Source: a virus
Lineage: Duplodnaviria; Heunggongvirae; Uroviricota; Caudoviricetes
Direction: 5' to 3' (one strand)
Virus record (IMG/VR): IMGVR_UViG_3300042892_001069
Length of the DNA stretch: 64,000 nucleotides
Numbering within the stretch: position 1 is the first letter of the stretch; the number at the start of each line of letters is the position of its first letter. The notes below the pieces were generated by a model. It was not told the DNA's origin, ran no database searches, and saw only the letters and a program-made list of their open reading frames with translations. Shown here piece after piece: positions 27,185 through 36,572 of the stretch. The position numbers and the translations under genes are program-made.

Positions 27185-30100
27185 TTAGCCTAGAATGAGA
27201 GACCAAAAGTCCATGATGTCAAGGACTTCGCCAAGTGGTGCCGCGCCCAGTGTGCCCACAGCTGGAATCCAGATTGTGCCGTTATATACTTCCATATAGT
27301 TTAATGAAGTATTATGGCGTACTTCGCCAATTTCTGCGGTTACTGGTCTTTGATTTTGCGGAGTGCCTGGCGCATACGCAGGGTTACCTGTTCCTATGGG
27401 GATTACAACTCCGTATGTCCCTCCAAATTTTACATAACCAACGCCAGTGCTGTTAAATGTTAGAGGACCGTTAGTATTATTTCTAATAGTGTTTTCTGGA
27501 AACGATAAATTATTTAAATTAACAGAGGCAGTACCGTTAGGAGCAAATATTAGATCATCTCCGCTAATACGATTATTAACAGTATTTTCACTTAGTCGAA
27601 TATTATCAATATGCATTAGATTATTCAGCAAGGCAGTAGTGTTAATTCTAGTAGTAAGGGTGCCGTTGTTGTAAAATCTTAAAGCGTTATCATTGGCTCC
27701 AACAGTTAGTTCAGGCGTTATATACGTGTCTCTATCAGAATCGTAAATGCCTTTTAGAGGAATTATGCCGCCGGCAATTTTACCTTCAAAGACTAATGTT
27801 GTTGAATTTAATCGAACCTCACCAAGAGTTGTTAACACTCGATTTGTGTCATTGCTAGTTGGTAAACGTATTGCTTTTGTAGAATTAATAACTACATTGC
27901 CAGTGCCGTTGGGGGTAAAATATATACTCTTTTCACTGTTAGTAGTTGCTCCACTCCACACATTACTAATAGTATTATCAGTAATTTTAAGTCGACTATC
28001 AAGCACAACTCCATTACTTCCGCCGGCTGTAAAGTTTATATCAGCGTCTAGATCAATGGCACTAATATAGTTTCCACTAATTTGAATTCTTGACGACTGG
28101 AGATAATTGCCGCCAGTAATGTTGTTAACACTGATAATATTACCAGTTATTCCAGTGTCACCAGTTTGATTAACGTTACCAGTGTGTGTTAGTGTTTTTG
28201 GTGATAAAATTGTGCCAATTTCTGTATTCTTTAAACTAGTAGCACCGTTAACTGTAGTAGTTCCAGTAACTTGTAAATTGTTTGTAATGTCTACAGACTT
28301 TAACGGTGCTGATATAACTCCAGTACCTGCGGCAACTAGTCTTAAATTAGTGTCAGTAGTTAGTGTAGTTATTGTGTTTGATGCTATTTGTGTAACATTG
28401 TCGATGTTAACAGAAGTTAAGTATGCGTTGCCCCATACTTTAGGAGTAACTCCGCCAGTTCCTAGTGTAAAAGTATTGTGTACGTTAGGTTTAATTGTCT
28501 GAGTTAACAACGGACTAACACTTACTGTGTCTAACGGATTGTCCCCTAGATAAACATTACCCTTGACTAATACATCACCGCTTACTCCTAATGAGCCGGT
28601 TACTGTAATATCAGTGTTTAAAGTAGTAATACCTGTTTGCGCTGAAAAATTAACTGGCCCTGATACTGAGTCAATATTATTATCGTGTATAACAATATTG
28701 CCAGTTGATATTAAATGAGCGTCAATTACTGTTCGGCCGCCGGCCCCTTCAAGGACAATACTACCTCCAGCGGAAAAATCTAATGCTTGTGCGTTAAATG
28801 TTATTGCGCCGGTTTGTTGATTTACATAAAAAATATCGCCAATACGGTAATCACCTTTGTGATCCATACTGTCGTAATAGAGTTGGCCGCCATTGATTGC
28901 GACAACTTCGTTAGCTTGTATAACTAAATCGTAATCGTTTTGACTGTCGGCACCTGTACCAATATACGCAAAATTATGCCCAACTAGGTACCCTAGTGTG
29001 CTTGCGCCATCTGCTACTGCTCCATAATTTCCGTAAACGTTAGCCGAACCAATGCTTCGAAACTCGGCGCCAAAGCGAGTACTGAGACTAGCAAATCCTG
29101 CTGTACCTTGTGTTAAGTGTATTCCTCTGTTGGCAAAATAAGTAAAAGAATTTAACCATTCTACACGGGCGCCGTTTGTAGCAGTAACACCGTCTGCGTT
29201 TGGCACAATAAATGTTACGCTATGGAATAGTATAGTTGCTTCTTTACTGTCAGGATGTACTACTGATCCGTCAACTAGTGCTCCACGGCCGGCGTCACCT
29301 GACGCAAATCCTAAGGTAGGATCAATACTAGCAAACCCGCCAGTAATGCTGTCAATATATCCCGGAAGAGCTTCACCCCCATCTAGTATAATATCATATA
29401 CTTCTGATAGTAGGCCGCCATCAATACTATCTCGAAGGTCAATTGCTGTCCCTTTATTTAAAATTGAAATATTTTGAACATATGGACTGCGAGTAGTTAC
29501 TAGACAATTTGGTGCTAATCTAAATCCGTAACCTGTATCATTTACACTATCGTAAAAGAAACTGCCAACTGATAAATGAGCAACAGTAGTTTCACCATTT
29601 AGTAAAAACGCATCGTTATTATTTGTTCCGCTTGATGGAACTATGGTAACTGCTCGGATGCCTGCGCCATTAACTGATACACCTTGTGGAACAGTTAAAG
29701 GAAAGTCTTCAACGTATGTTCCCGGAAATATTACAATATTATCCCCGGCTACTGCTTGACTTAAAGCATGTTTTACAGTTCTATATGTGTTGTGTAGATG
29801 TACACCGTTGTTAGTATCGTTACCGTTTATGCTAACATAGATAGTGTTACCCTGAGGCAACAACATGTCAATACCATTAATTGTTAATGCGTCTGCTTCT
29901 AACGTTGAGGTATTAATATTTGTTGAATATACCGTGTTCCACTTTTTAACAAGTGACCCTAATGCGTATGTATTGTTAACGTCAGGTATAATATCACTGT
30001 TAATATCAGCATTAAATATTACTCGATCAGTATCATCACTACCAATAGTAATAGTATTGCCATCCCATTGTAAATTTCCAGTGACTGTTAAGTTACCATT

Positions 30101-30586
30101 AATGTTTACATTGGTTGTATAAAATTGAAGCTGGCCAATACCGTTAGCAGTAATTTCAATGTTGTCGTCAGCAAGCAGAGTACTGATGCTCGAATTAACT
30201 AATTTTAATTTTGCGGTGCGTATCTCATTTGTAACAATTTGCGGATCAACTGCCTGATCCGGCTGAATAAAAATTTTGCCCGTTGGTCCTGAATTAGGAT
30301 TCTGAATTTTGTATGTTAAAAATACTAGGTCAGCAAATTCGGCTTGTGTATCAATTATCCAGTCTGTAGGGAACAGTAGATCTGATTTAGCAAAGTGGCT
30401 AGTGCCCGTGATTTGTAATTTTTGACTTGGGCTGTTGTTGTTAACACCAAGTCCAACAGTTTTTAACGGATTAGATAAATCCGTGACTGACAAGTATAGT
30501 AAGTCTGTTTCAAATGCTAGATCGCTACCGTCTCTTAGCAAGTCTGCTGAAAGTACCGGACCGCCAATTCGACCTATTTGTGACAT
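27185..30586 (-). CDS. Large tail-fibre protein, 1133 aa
   Basis: Colinear paralogue of 22381..27063 without the LamG insert; GEVR.N...E fibre motifs near the C-terminus. Confidence 0.72.
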   Translation of the reverse strand: MSQIGRIGGPVLSADLLRDGSDLAFETDLLYLSVTDLSNPLKTVGLGVNNNSPSQKLQITGTSHFAKSDLLFPTDWIIDTQAEFADLVFLTYKIQNPNSGPTGKIFIQPDQAVDPQIVTNEIRTAKLKLVNSSISTLLADDNIEITANGIGQLQFYTTNVNINGNLTVTGNLQWDGNTITIGSDDTDRVIFNADINSDIIPDVNNTYALGSLVKKWNTVYSTNINTSTLEADALTINGIDMLLPQGNTIYVSINGNDTNNGVHLHNTYRTVKHALSQAVAGDNIVIFPGTYVEDFPLTVPQGVSVNGAGIRAVTIVPSSGTNNNDAFLLNGETTVAHLSVGSFFYDSVNDTGYGFRLAPNCLVTTRSPYVQNISILNKGTAIDLRDSIDGGLLSEVYDIILDGGEALPGYIDSITGGFASIDPTLGFASGDAGRGALVDGSVVHPDSKEATILFHSVTFIVPNADGVTATNGARVEWLNSFTYFANRGIHLTQGTAGFASLSTRFGAEFRSIGSANVYGNYGAVADGASTLGYLVGHNFAYIGTGADSQNDYDLVIQANEVVAINGGQLYYDSMDHKGDYRIGDIFYVNQQTGAITFNAQALDFSAGGSIVLEGAGGRTVIDAHLISTGNIVIHDNNIDSVSGPVNFSAQTGITTLNTDITVTGSLGVSGDVLVKGNVYLGDNPLDTVSVSPLLTQTIKPNVHNTFTLGTGGVTPKVWGNAYLTSVNIDNVTQIASNTITTLTTDTNLRLVAAGTGVISAPLKSVDITNNLQVTGTTTVNGATSLKNTEIGTILSPKTLTHTGNVNQTGDTGITGNIISVNNITGGNYLQSSRIQISGNYISAIDLDADINFTAGGSNGVVLDSRLKITDNTISNVWSGATTNSEKSIYFTPNGTGNVVINSTKAIRLPTSNDTNRVLTTLGEVRLNSTTLVFEGKIAGGIIPLKGIYDSDRDTYITPELTVGANDNALRFYNNGTLTTRINTTALLNNLMHIDNIRLSENTVNNRISGDDLIFAPNGTASVNLNNLSFPENTIRNNTNGPLTFNSTGVGYVKFGGTYGVVIPIGTGNPAYAPGTPQNQRPVTAEIGEVRHNTSLNYMEVYNGTIWIPAVGTLGAAPLGEVLDIMDFWSLILG

Positions 30587-30601
30587 AGTTTTTAAATTCG
30601 A

Positions 30602-31138
30602 TTACTGATCGAATCCATGTAGAATAACAATTGGGGTTGATAATCCCGGGGTTGTTGATGTAAATTGAATATAAAATTTAGTAGAGTTAGGACCTGTATC
30701 ATAAGGTGCGCCAATCTGTACACCCGTTTTTATTAGATAGTTATCAGTCCACGTTTGAAACACATTACCAACAATAACAATTAAGTTATCGCCAGTCCAA
30801 GTCTTACCATTCTCTACAGTTGCCGGTGGCTGTGGTGCTAAAGGACCGTACACTTGAGTAGCGTTATCGCCTACATAAGTTTCTCTATCAATACCTGTTG
30901 CTTCTTTATAGCGTAGTGTTCTCCAACTAGCCGGGTTGCCTGAAAACACTTCAACATCTTTACTAGTTGTGTTATAACGAATCATGCCTTCTACTTGAAC
31001 TGCCGCCAGTGAACTATTACTTTTTGGCAGTATCATATCAGTGGTAGCTGCAACTGTAAATGTATTATTAACATCTACTGCCGCACGGGGATCGTATATT
31101 GATCTGCGATTAAGTGTTAATGTTTTTAAAAATCTCAT
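30602..31138 (-). CDS. Structural protein with fibre motif
   Basis: GMIRYNTT..DVEVF.G...W motif shared with the large fibre proteins. Confidence 0.55.
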   Translation of the reverse strand: MRFLKTLTLNRRSIYDPRAAVDVNNTFTVAATTDMILPKSNSSLAAVQVEGMIRYNTTSKDVEVFSGNPASWRTLRYKEATGIDRETYVGDNATQVYGPLAPQPPATVENGKTWTGDNLIVIVGNVFQTWTDNYLIKTGVQIGAPYDTGPNSTKFYIQFTSTTPGLSTPIVILHGFDQ

Positions 31139-31141
31139 GTC

Positions 31142-31492
31142 TTATACCGGTAATGTACTTACTACTACGCTTACGCCTGTTCCTGAATATGTTGAACTTG
31201 CTATTGCGCAAATTATATCATTGTTACCTAATACTAATTTTTCTTGATCAAAACTAACTGTTTCGCCTGCCGGAACTGCTAGCACACTTACTATAGTACA
31301 TTCTGGATTTGCGTAAGCAGTTTTTCCGCTTGGTACAGCATACAACGAAAGATTAATTGCTCCAGTACTGTTGTTACACGCAATCATACTAGTAATAGCA
31401 TTATTGCCACTGCTAGTATAGATAGGTGTACCGTTTAGTGCGCTGGGACTGCTTAGTGCTGTTACTGTAATTGCTGTTGCTGTCAATGCCAT
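31142..31492 (-). CDS. Small beta-rich structural/adaptor protein
   Basis: PIYTSSGNNAITSMIACN...EKLVLGNND; family with 6273..6593 and 22048..22374. Confidence 0.55.
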   Translation of the reverse strand: MALTATAITVTALSSPSALNGTPIYTSSGNNAITSMIACNNSTGAINLSLYAVPSGKTAYANPECTIVSVLAVPAGETVSFDQEKLVLGNNDIICAIASSTYSGTGVSVVVSTLPV

Positions 31493-31502
31493 AATATTTT
31501 CC

Positions 31503-32522
31503 TTATAGTAAGATACTAAGCAATACTGCTCTGTTCTTACTGATTAATTCATCTGATGTTAAACTATTTACAAAGTACAGGCCTGTCTTGCCTGGAGTTC
31601 CAATACCGGTTCCTGGATCTTTTGCGTAGACTAAACCGTAGCTACTCACTGAACTTGGATTACTTGCTTGTTGTTTAAGATTTACAATAGAATCAACAGT
31701 AATTTGATTTGTTGTACTAGTTAACACTAGATTATTTAATGCGCTAGTGTTTGATACTGTATCTTGATATAGAGTAATATTATCAACCACAAGTCCTGTT
31801 GGCGTAATTTTTGCTCGCTCCTGACTTAGAACTGTAAACTTAATATAATTAGAAAATGCTTGTCCTCTAGTGGACGTAGGGTTGCTAAGATAGTGAAAAT
31901 TATCCACGTTAGCTTGTCCGCCGGTAGCACTAACATAACTGGTTATGTATTTTTTATTTGGAATAAAGTTATCTTCAGGAGTGTCAGGACTCAACGGAAT
32001 TGTATTGTCCAACAACGAAACATAGTTTGCCGGAGTAATATTAACAATCTTTAATTTTGTAAGACTGTTGTTCATATCGAACACCATGTCATAAGAGTCT
32101 GGAGGACTAATACTTGCTAAACGTAATCCGCTTAAAATTCCATCAGCTGTTCTAATAACAAATGTTCCAGGTATACTTGTTGTTAATACTGGATCGTAGT
32201 GACTTACATTTTCGTCAAACAACAACTGTGCTTTTGGACTAGTTCCACGATTAATTTCAATGCCCGACTCACGAAGTCCGCCAATGTCAAGAATACCGGC
32301 AGCAAGATTTTGAGCATCGTTGTCGGTACTTTTGTTTAAAGTAATAATTCTATCTTCAATAGTAGTTTGTGAAGTATTAATTGTTGTAGTTTCACCTTTA
32401 ACAATCAAGTTACCAGTTACATATACTGTACCTACAGCCGTGCCAGTATCTAAAGTAATTGAACCAGTATCTTTTACTTTAATTCTATAATCACTATTGC
32501 TGACTTTTAATATTCTTGACAT
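31503..32522 (-). CDS. Fibre-like structural protein
   Basis: GNLIVKGETTTIN..TTIEDRIITLN...SGIEINRG motif common in phage fibres. Confidence 0.6.
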   Translation of the reverse strand: MSRILKVSNSDYRIKVKDTGSITLDTGTAVGTVYVTGNLIVKGETTTINTSQTTIEDRIITLNKSTDNDAQNLAAGILDIGGLRESGIEINRGTSPKAQLLFDENVSHYDPVLTTSIPGTFVIRTADGILSGLRLASISPPDSYDMVFDMNNSLTKLKIVNITPANYVSLLDNTIPLSPDTPEDNFIPNKKYITSYVSATGGQANVDNFHYLSNPTSTRGQAFSNYIKFTVLSQERAKITPTGLVVDNITLYQDTVSNTSALNNLVLTSTTNQITVDSIVNLKQQASNPSSVSSYGLVYAKDPGTGIGTPGKTGLYFVNSLTSDELISKNRAVLLSILL

Positions 32523-32536
32523 CTATTATCCTAAAT

Positions 32537-32552
32537 AGGGACCTAAGTCCCT
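32537..32552 (-). terminator. Weak terminator or processing hairpin after 32561..33478
   Basis: AGGGAC-TTAG-GTCCCT followed by ATTT on the minus strand. Confidence 0.45.
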
Positions 32553-32560
32553 GTTCTTAA

Positions 32561-33478
32561 TTAAGCGTTGTCGATTAATAACGAATCTGCTGTTGCCGCT
32601 GTCATGTTCCACTTAACAGATGTACCTGTTACAAATGCTGTTTGTGTACCTGTACCGCGAGTAATTACAGCTTTACGGCTTGTAATTTTAGTAGCAAAAT
32701 ATGTGCCATCATCTGTGTCAACTAAACGAACACTACCTTCGCCAGCGGCATCGGCTAATGAACCTGTTAGTTTAACAATACCAGTAAGTGTGCCATCAGT
32801 TACTTTGAAACGGTTAGTAGATACTTGTTTCTTAATATCAACTGATAGTGCTGATCCGCCAGTTAAGAATGCTGTCATTAAGATAGCATTTTCTTGATTT
32901 CCAGTTGTGCTAATGTTACCGCTGTCAACTAACATGTTAACTGAAGTAGCCGTTACTGATTGTGTAAATGTTGGAGTTGGTGCGGCTGTGTATCCAGAAC
33001 CTGCTTCTGTAATAACAACTGCTTTAGCACGGAATGCTAACACTACTGTTAAACCAGCGCCTGCGCCGTTTGATGTAGTAGTTTGAGCACCGCTTGGCAA
33101 TGTAGTAAAGTTACCACGGCTACCACCAGTGAAGTCAAATGTTAACGCATCGTCGCCGCCTGTGCCACCAATTGTAGCAACACGCAATACTGCGTCTGTA
33201 CCGTCAACTGTTACTAATTGACCAACTGTATAACCAGTTTGTGTACCGCCAACTGTTGTTACGCTTTCAACTTCAGAAGTGATAGTACCAGTAGCACGAA
33301 CACCACCTGGTAATTTAGGTGTGTTGGCAAATGTAATTGTTGGGCGAGTTGTATATGCGCCTAATGCGTTTAATGTAACACTAGCAACTGCTCCGCCGCC
33401 AATGCCATCATCAGTTGTTACACTTGTGGAACCAGTATTACGGTTACCAAAATATTTTTTATTTAAAGGACGTCCCAT
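32561..33478 (-). CDS. Virion structural protein downstream of the major capsid gene (possible head decoration/fibre)
   Basis: Thr/Gly-rich with a GSGYTAAPT Ig-like motif; own late promoter and strong AAGGAG RBS. Confidence 0.55.
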   Translation of the reverse strand: MGRPLNKKYFGNRNTGSTSVTTDDGIGGGAVASVTLNALGAYTTRPTITFANTPKLPGGVRATGTITSEVESVTTVGGTQTGYTVGQLVTVDGTDAVLRVATIGGTGGDDALTFDFTGGSRGNFTTLPSGAQTTTSNGAGAGLTVVLAFRAKAVVITEAGSGYTAAPTPTFTQSVTATSVNMLVDSGNISTTGNQENAILMTAFLTGGSALSVDIKKQVSTNRFKVTDGTLTGIVKLTGSLADAAGEGSVRLVDTDDGTYFATKITSRKAVITRGTGTQTAFVTGTSVKWNMTAATADSLLIDNA

Positions 33479-33499
33479 TTTATTTTCTCCTTAAGAAAG

Positions 33500-33571
33500 A
33501 TAGCGTTCTAGGCTATACGCGGTTGGATTTCCGCATAAAATTCACCCGATGTGAATCATACAAAGTATTTA
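33500..33571 (-). promoter_or_regulatory. Late promoter TAAATA (33566-33571) plus a three-hairpin 5' leader
   Basis: Minus-strand stems ATTCAC/GTGAAT, ATGCGG/CCGCGT and ATAGC/GCTAT in tandem before the RBS. Confidence 0.6.
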
Positions 33572-33583
33572 TCAGTTCAAGAG

Positions 33584-33605
33584 AAAGGGCTCCAAAGAGC
33601 CCTTT
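33584..33605 (-). terminator. Intrinsic terminator after the major capsid gene
   Basis: AAAGGGCTC-TTTG-GAGCCCTTT followed by CTCTT on the minus strand. Confidence 0.8.
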
Positions 33606-33632
33606 ATAATTAACAACCTTTCGGTATGTTGA

Positions 33633-34799
33633 TTAGCTAAACTTAACGTTACCGTCAGTGATAGCAACTTTACCTAGGTAGTCAGCTGCATTACCTAAAG
33701 AACTAGCTGTGTTTGACAACTCAACATAACCATAACGTGTCATGAATGATACGACTGGTTCAAATGTTGATGGATCAAGTACAACACCACTGCTCATCAA
33801 TGGAATGTATGGGCAATAGAACGCTGCCGCATCAGACTCTGATGAACCTTTGTAACCGATCAATACTGCTGTACTGTCTTGTGCGTAGCTGTTTACATAT
33901 ACTTTCATTGCTGAGTTCAATGTACCAACAAACTTAGTGTTTGTAGGAGCTTCAAATGTACCTTCTGTTGTACGAGCAAATGCGCTTGTAGTAGCAGATT
34001 GTAGAATTGTTAAAGCAAATGGACTTACTACTGCCCAGTTACCAGCACCACGACGTGTACGCTGAGCGATCAAGTTGCTTACGCGATTGATCTGAACAGC
34101 TAAAGCGGCGTGTTCGTCACCAACGAATGTAGCAGTACCGCTTACAGCAGCCTGGTCATAAGTTTGTGAAGCTGAACCAGCTAAACTTGCTAAACTAGCA
34201 AGAATTTCTTGGTCGATTTCAGCTGTGATTTCTTGTGCTAACGCAGCCATAACTTCTGCTTCGATGTCAATACCTTGTTGAGCTTGAGCATCTTGTGCAG
34301 CTTCAAAAGTCCAACGAGCTGATAGCTTGCGGGTCTTAGCTTCTACAGTTTGCTTCAAGATCTGAATTGACATACGCTTACCTGCAGCACCTTCAAGAGT
34401 TGCTGTAGAGGCTGCTTTTGCTGGATCAGCATCGTTGCCTGAATAAGCTTCAGCAATTTTGAATGGGCTTAGTGCCTCTTCACCGGCTGTTACACCAGTT
34501 GCTGAGTCAGCGTAACGCACACGTAATGTGTGAATTTGGCCAACTGGGCCAGTCATTGGTTGTACACCAACTAACTCGTTAGCGATAACGGTTGGCATAA
34601 CGCGACGGATCACTGGAAGGATCACGCGATTTAGTGTTGCGACGTTGCCGGCAGAAGTGGCACCAGCAGTTGGGGATTCCATCAAATACTTGCGAGTATT
34701 GTCAAGTGTAACACCCATTACTGATTTTTTAGTGCCTGATAAGCCTTCTAATAGGGCTTCTTTAGTTTCTGCCCAACGGCCATTAAGTAGTTCTGACAT
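33633..34799 (-). CDS. gp23: Major capsid protein (T4 gp23-like)
   Basis: LPVIRRVMP..IA.ELVGVQPMTGPVGQI, VEAKTRKLSARWTFEAAQD, FYCPYIPL, F.P...FMTRYG. Confidence 0.97.
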   Translation of the reverse strand: MSELLNGRWAETKEALLEGLSGTKKSVMGVTLDNTRKYLMESPTAGATSAGNVATLNRVILPVIRRVMPTVIANELVGVQPMTGPVGQIHTLRVRYADSATGVTAGEEALSPFKIAEAYSGNDADPAKAASTATLEGAAGKRMSIQILKQTVEAKTRKLSARWTFEAAQDAQAQQGIDIEAEVMAALAQEITAEIDQEILASLASLAGSASQTYDQAAVSGTATFVGDEHAALAVQINRVSNLIAQRTRRGAGNWAVVSPFALTILQSATTSAFARTTEGTFEAPTNTKFVGTLNSAMKVYVNSYAQDSTAVLIGYKGSSESDAAAFYCPYIPLMSSGVVLDPSTFEPVVSFMTRYGYVELSNTASSLGNAADYLGKVAITDGNVKFS

Positions 34800-34810
34800 T
34801 TAATTTCTCC

Positions 34811-35908
34811 TTAAAATTTTAGTCCAGCTAGGCGACGGATATCAACGATATTGTTGTCTACCTCGCTGCTACGGTTGCTGTTGGAAACTTTGTTTCCGGT
34901 AATTTCTTTAGCCTCTACTAGTGCCTGTTTCTTCTGCGGAGCTTTACCACCAGAAATAACTGATGGAAGATACTTTTCAAAACTTTCGTTTAGTCGAGTA
35001 GTCTTTACACTCTCCATTAATTCACCCATGATATCACGTTGCTCTGTGTTTAGAGGAGCAAGTAATTCACTCATGATTTGTTTTCTTGTCTGTGCTTCTT
35101 TCAAAGACACAATTTCTGCTTGTTTACTTTCTACTAGAGCAACAGCGTCTGCGGCAGCTTGCGCGGCTTCAGCAATTGCTAACTCTTTCATGTCTATGAC
35201 CTTGAGTAATTTTGCAGTTTCTGATTTCTCAGAAAGGTAACTAGTTTGATATTCAGAAGCAAAAGCTTCAAATAACTTACGACCGAAGTCGTTTCTACGA
35301 GCGGCATCAATGTCTTCTTTCAATGATGATAGTTCAGCGTTTAAGCTTTCACTAACAACACGATCGACCATTCCTGCTGCACGTTCTACAAACTGTTGTT
35401 TAACTTTCTTAAGTTGTTCGCGACCTTCGCGAACTAAACGAACTTTGGTTTGAGCCAAGTCTTGTTTGTCTTTGTAAAATTCTGTAATTTCTTGAGCAAG
35501 AGCTTCTACTACGAATTGTTCTAATTTACCAAACTTGCTAGCCATAACCTTTTGATCTTCATGTAGCTCTGTAACTTCAGAAGCTAGTTGGCGTGTTACG
35601 AATTGCTTCATAACTGCGCTTTCTGTCTTCATCTTCTTAGCATACTTGACTTTCATTTCGGCTAACTGCTTGCGGTCGTCAGCAAATTCAACAAGCTCAC
35701 TAGCTAATTGGTCTGTGATCATGCGATCAACAGCTTCAATCATAGTGTTCTTGTCATGCTCATACTTCTGAGCAAACTCTTCGCGTAATTGAACAGCCAC
35801 TTCTTCTCGAGCTTCTGTAATTCGGCTTTCGAAAGCGGTTTCAATTGACTCTCTGATCTCTTCTGAAATCACATTGTTCTCAAATAACGATTTTAGTGCA
35901 TCCAACAT
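34811..35908 (-). CDS. gp22: Prohead core scaffolding protein (gp22-like)
   Basis: Long coiled-coil, Glu-rich protein between the protease and capsid genes; GRKLFEAF motif. Confidence 0.85.
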   Translation of the reverse strand: MLDALKSLFENNVISEEIRESIETAFESRITEAREEVAVQLREEFAQKYEHDKNTMIEAVDRMITDQLASELVEFADDRKQLAEMKVKYAKKMKTESAVMKQFVTRQLASEVTELHEDQKVMASKFGKLEQFVVEALAQEITEFYKDKQDLAQTKVRLVREGREQLKKVKQQFVERAAGMVDRVVSESLNAELSSLKEDIDAARRNDFGRKLFEAFASEYQTSYLSEKSETAKLLKVIDMKELAIAEAAQAAADAVALVESKQAEIVSLKEAQTRKQIMSELLAPLNTEQRDIMGELMESVKTTRLNESFEKYLPSVISGGKAPQKKQALVEAKEITGNKVSNSNRSSEVDNNIVDIRRLAGLKF

Positions 35909-35923
35909 GTGTGATTCTCCTTA

Positions 35924-36565
35924 TTATTGGAGTTTGCTTATTATATTTAATAAGCTCTCTTTGAGATATTTCTGTGCCTTAGGATCACCCTTCACCTCTT
36001 GCGCTATGCGTAAGGCATTTACTCCACCACGACTATTCATCAGGTGTTCATAAATTGGTGTTGGATATGCGCCAGGCGCACTAGGTTGAGCCACCATATC
36101 TACTGTGATGATCTCAAAATCTGATACTTCACCGGATCCGTCATCTTTGACGTTCCCGGATCCGCGACTGCTAACACCTAATTTCACGCCGCTTTCCAGC
36201 ATTGTGCGAATTAGTTGTCCCATTGGGGTCGGTAAAATTTTCAGTTTACCATAACCATTAGGACCGTCCATCCACATATTTGTTATCATGTGGCTGACTC
36301 GGTCTAGGTTAATTTTTAGATCATCTGGATGATCTACTTCTCCGAGAACTGAATAACCGTTTTGAATCTGATCGTTTAGGGTCTTGACAGCCTTGCCAAT
36401 CTCATTCACAGGGTAAACACGCTGGTTAGCGTTACGTATACCGCCCTGGATACAAATCCCGGACATGTATAAGCTCTTCCCGTCTTTGTCATCAGACTCA
36501 ACGATCATTTTTGCTTCGTTGAAACTGAGATTCTCTCGGAGATATAACATATTTTTCAATGTCAT
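35924..36565 (-). CDS. gp21: Prohead protease (gp21-like)
   Basis: N.NQRVYP, GEVDHP, INLDRVSH, LGVSSRGSG, D.VAQPSAP.A. Confidence 0.95.
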   Translation of the reverse strand: MTLKNMLYLRENLSFNEAKMIVESDDKDGKSLYMSGICIQGGIRNANQRVYPVNEIGKAVKTLNDQIQNGYSVLGEVDHPDDLKINLDRVSHMITNMWMDGPNGYGKLKILPTPMGQLIRTMLESGVKLGVSSRGSGNVKDDGSGEVSDFEIITVDMVAQPSAPGAYPTPIYEHLMNSRGGVNALRIAQEVKGDPKAQKYLKESLLNIISKLQ

Positions 36566-36572
36566 CTTCTAA

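Noticed and set aside
32532-32537. Plus-strand TAAATA as an antisense late promoter
   Set aside because: It has no downstream plus-strand gene, overlaps the hairpin tail and RBS region of the minus-strand gene, and is expected by chance in AT-rich DNA.
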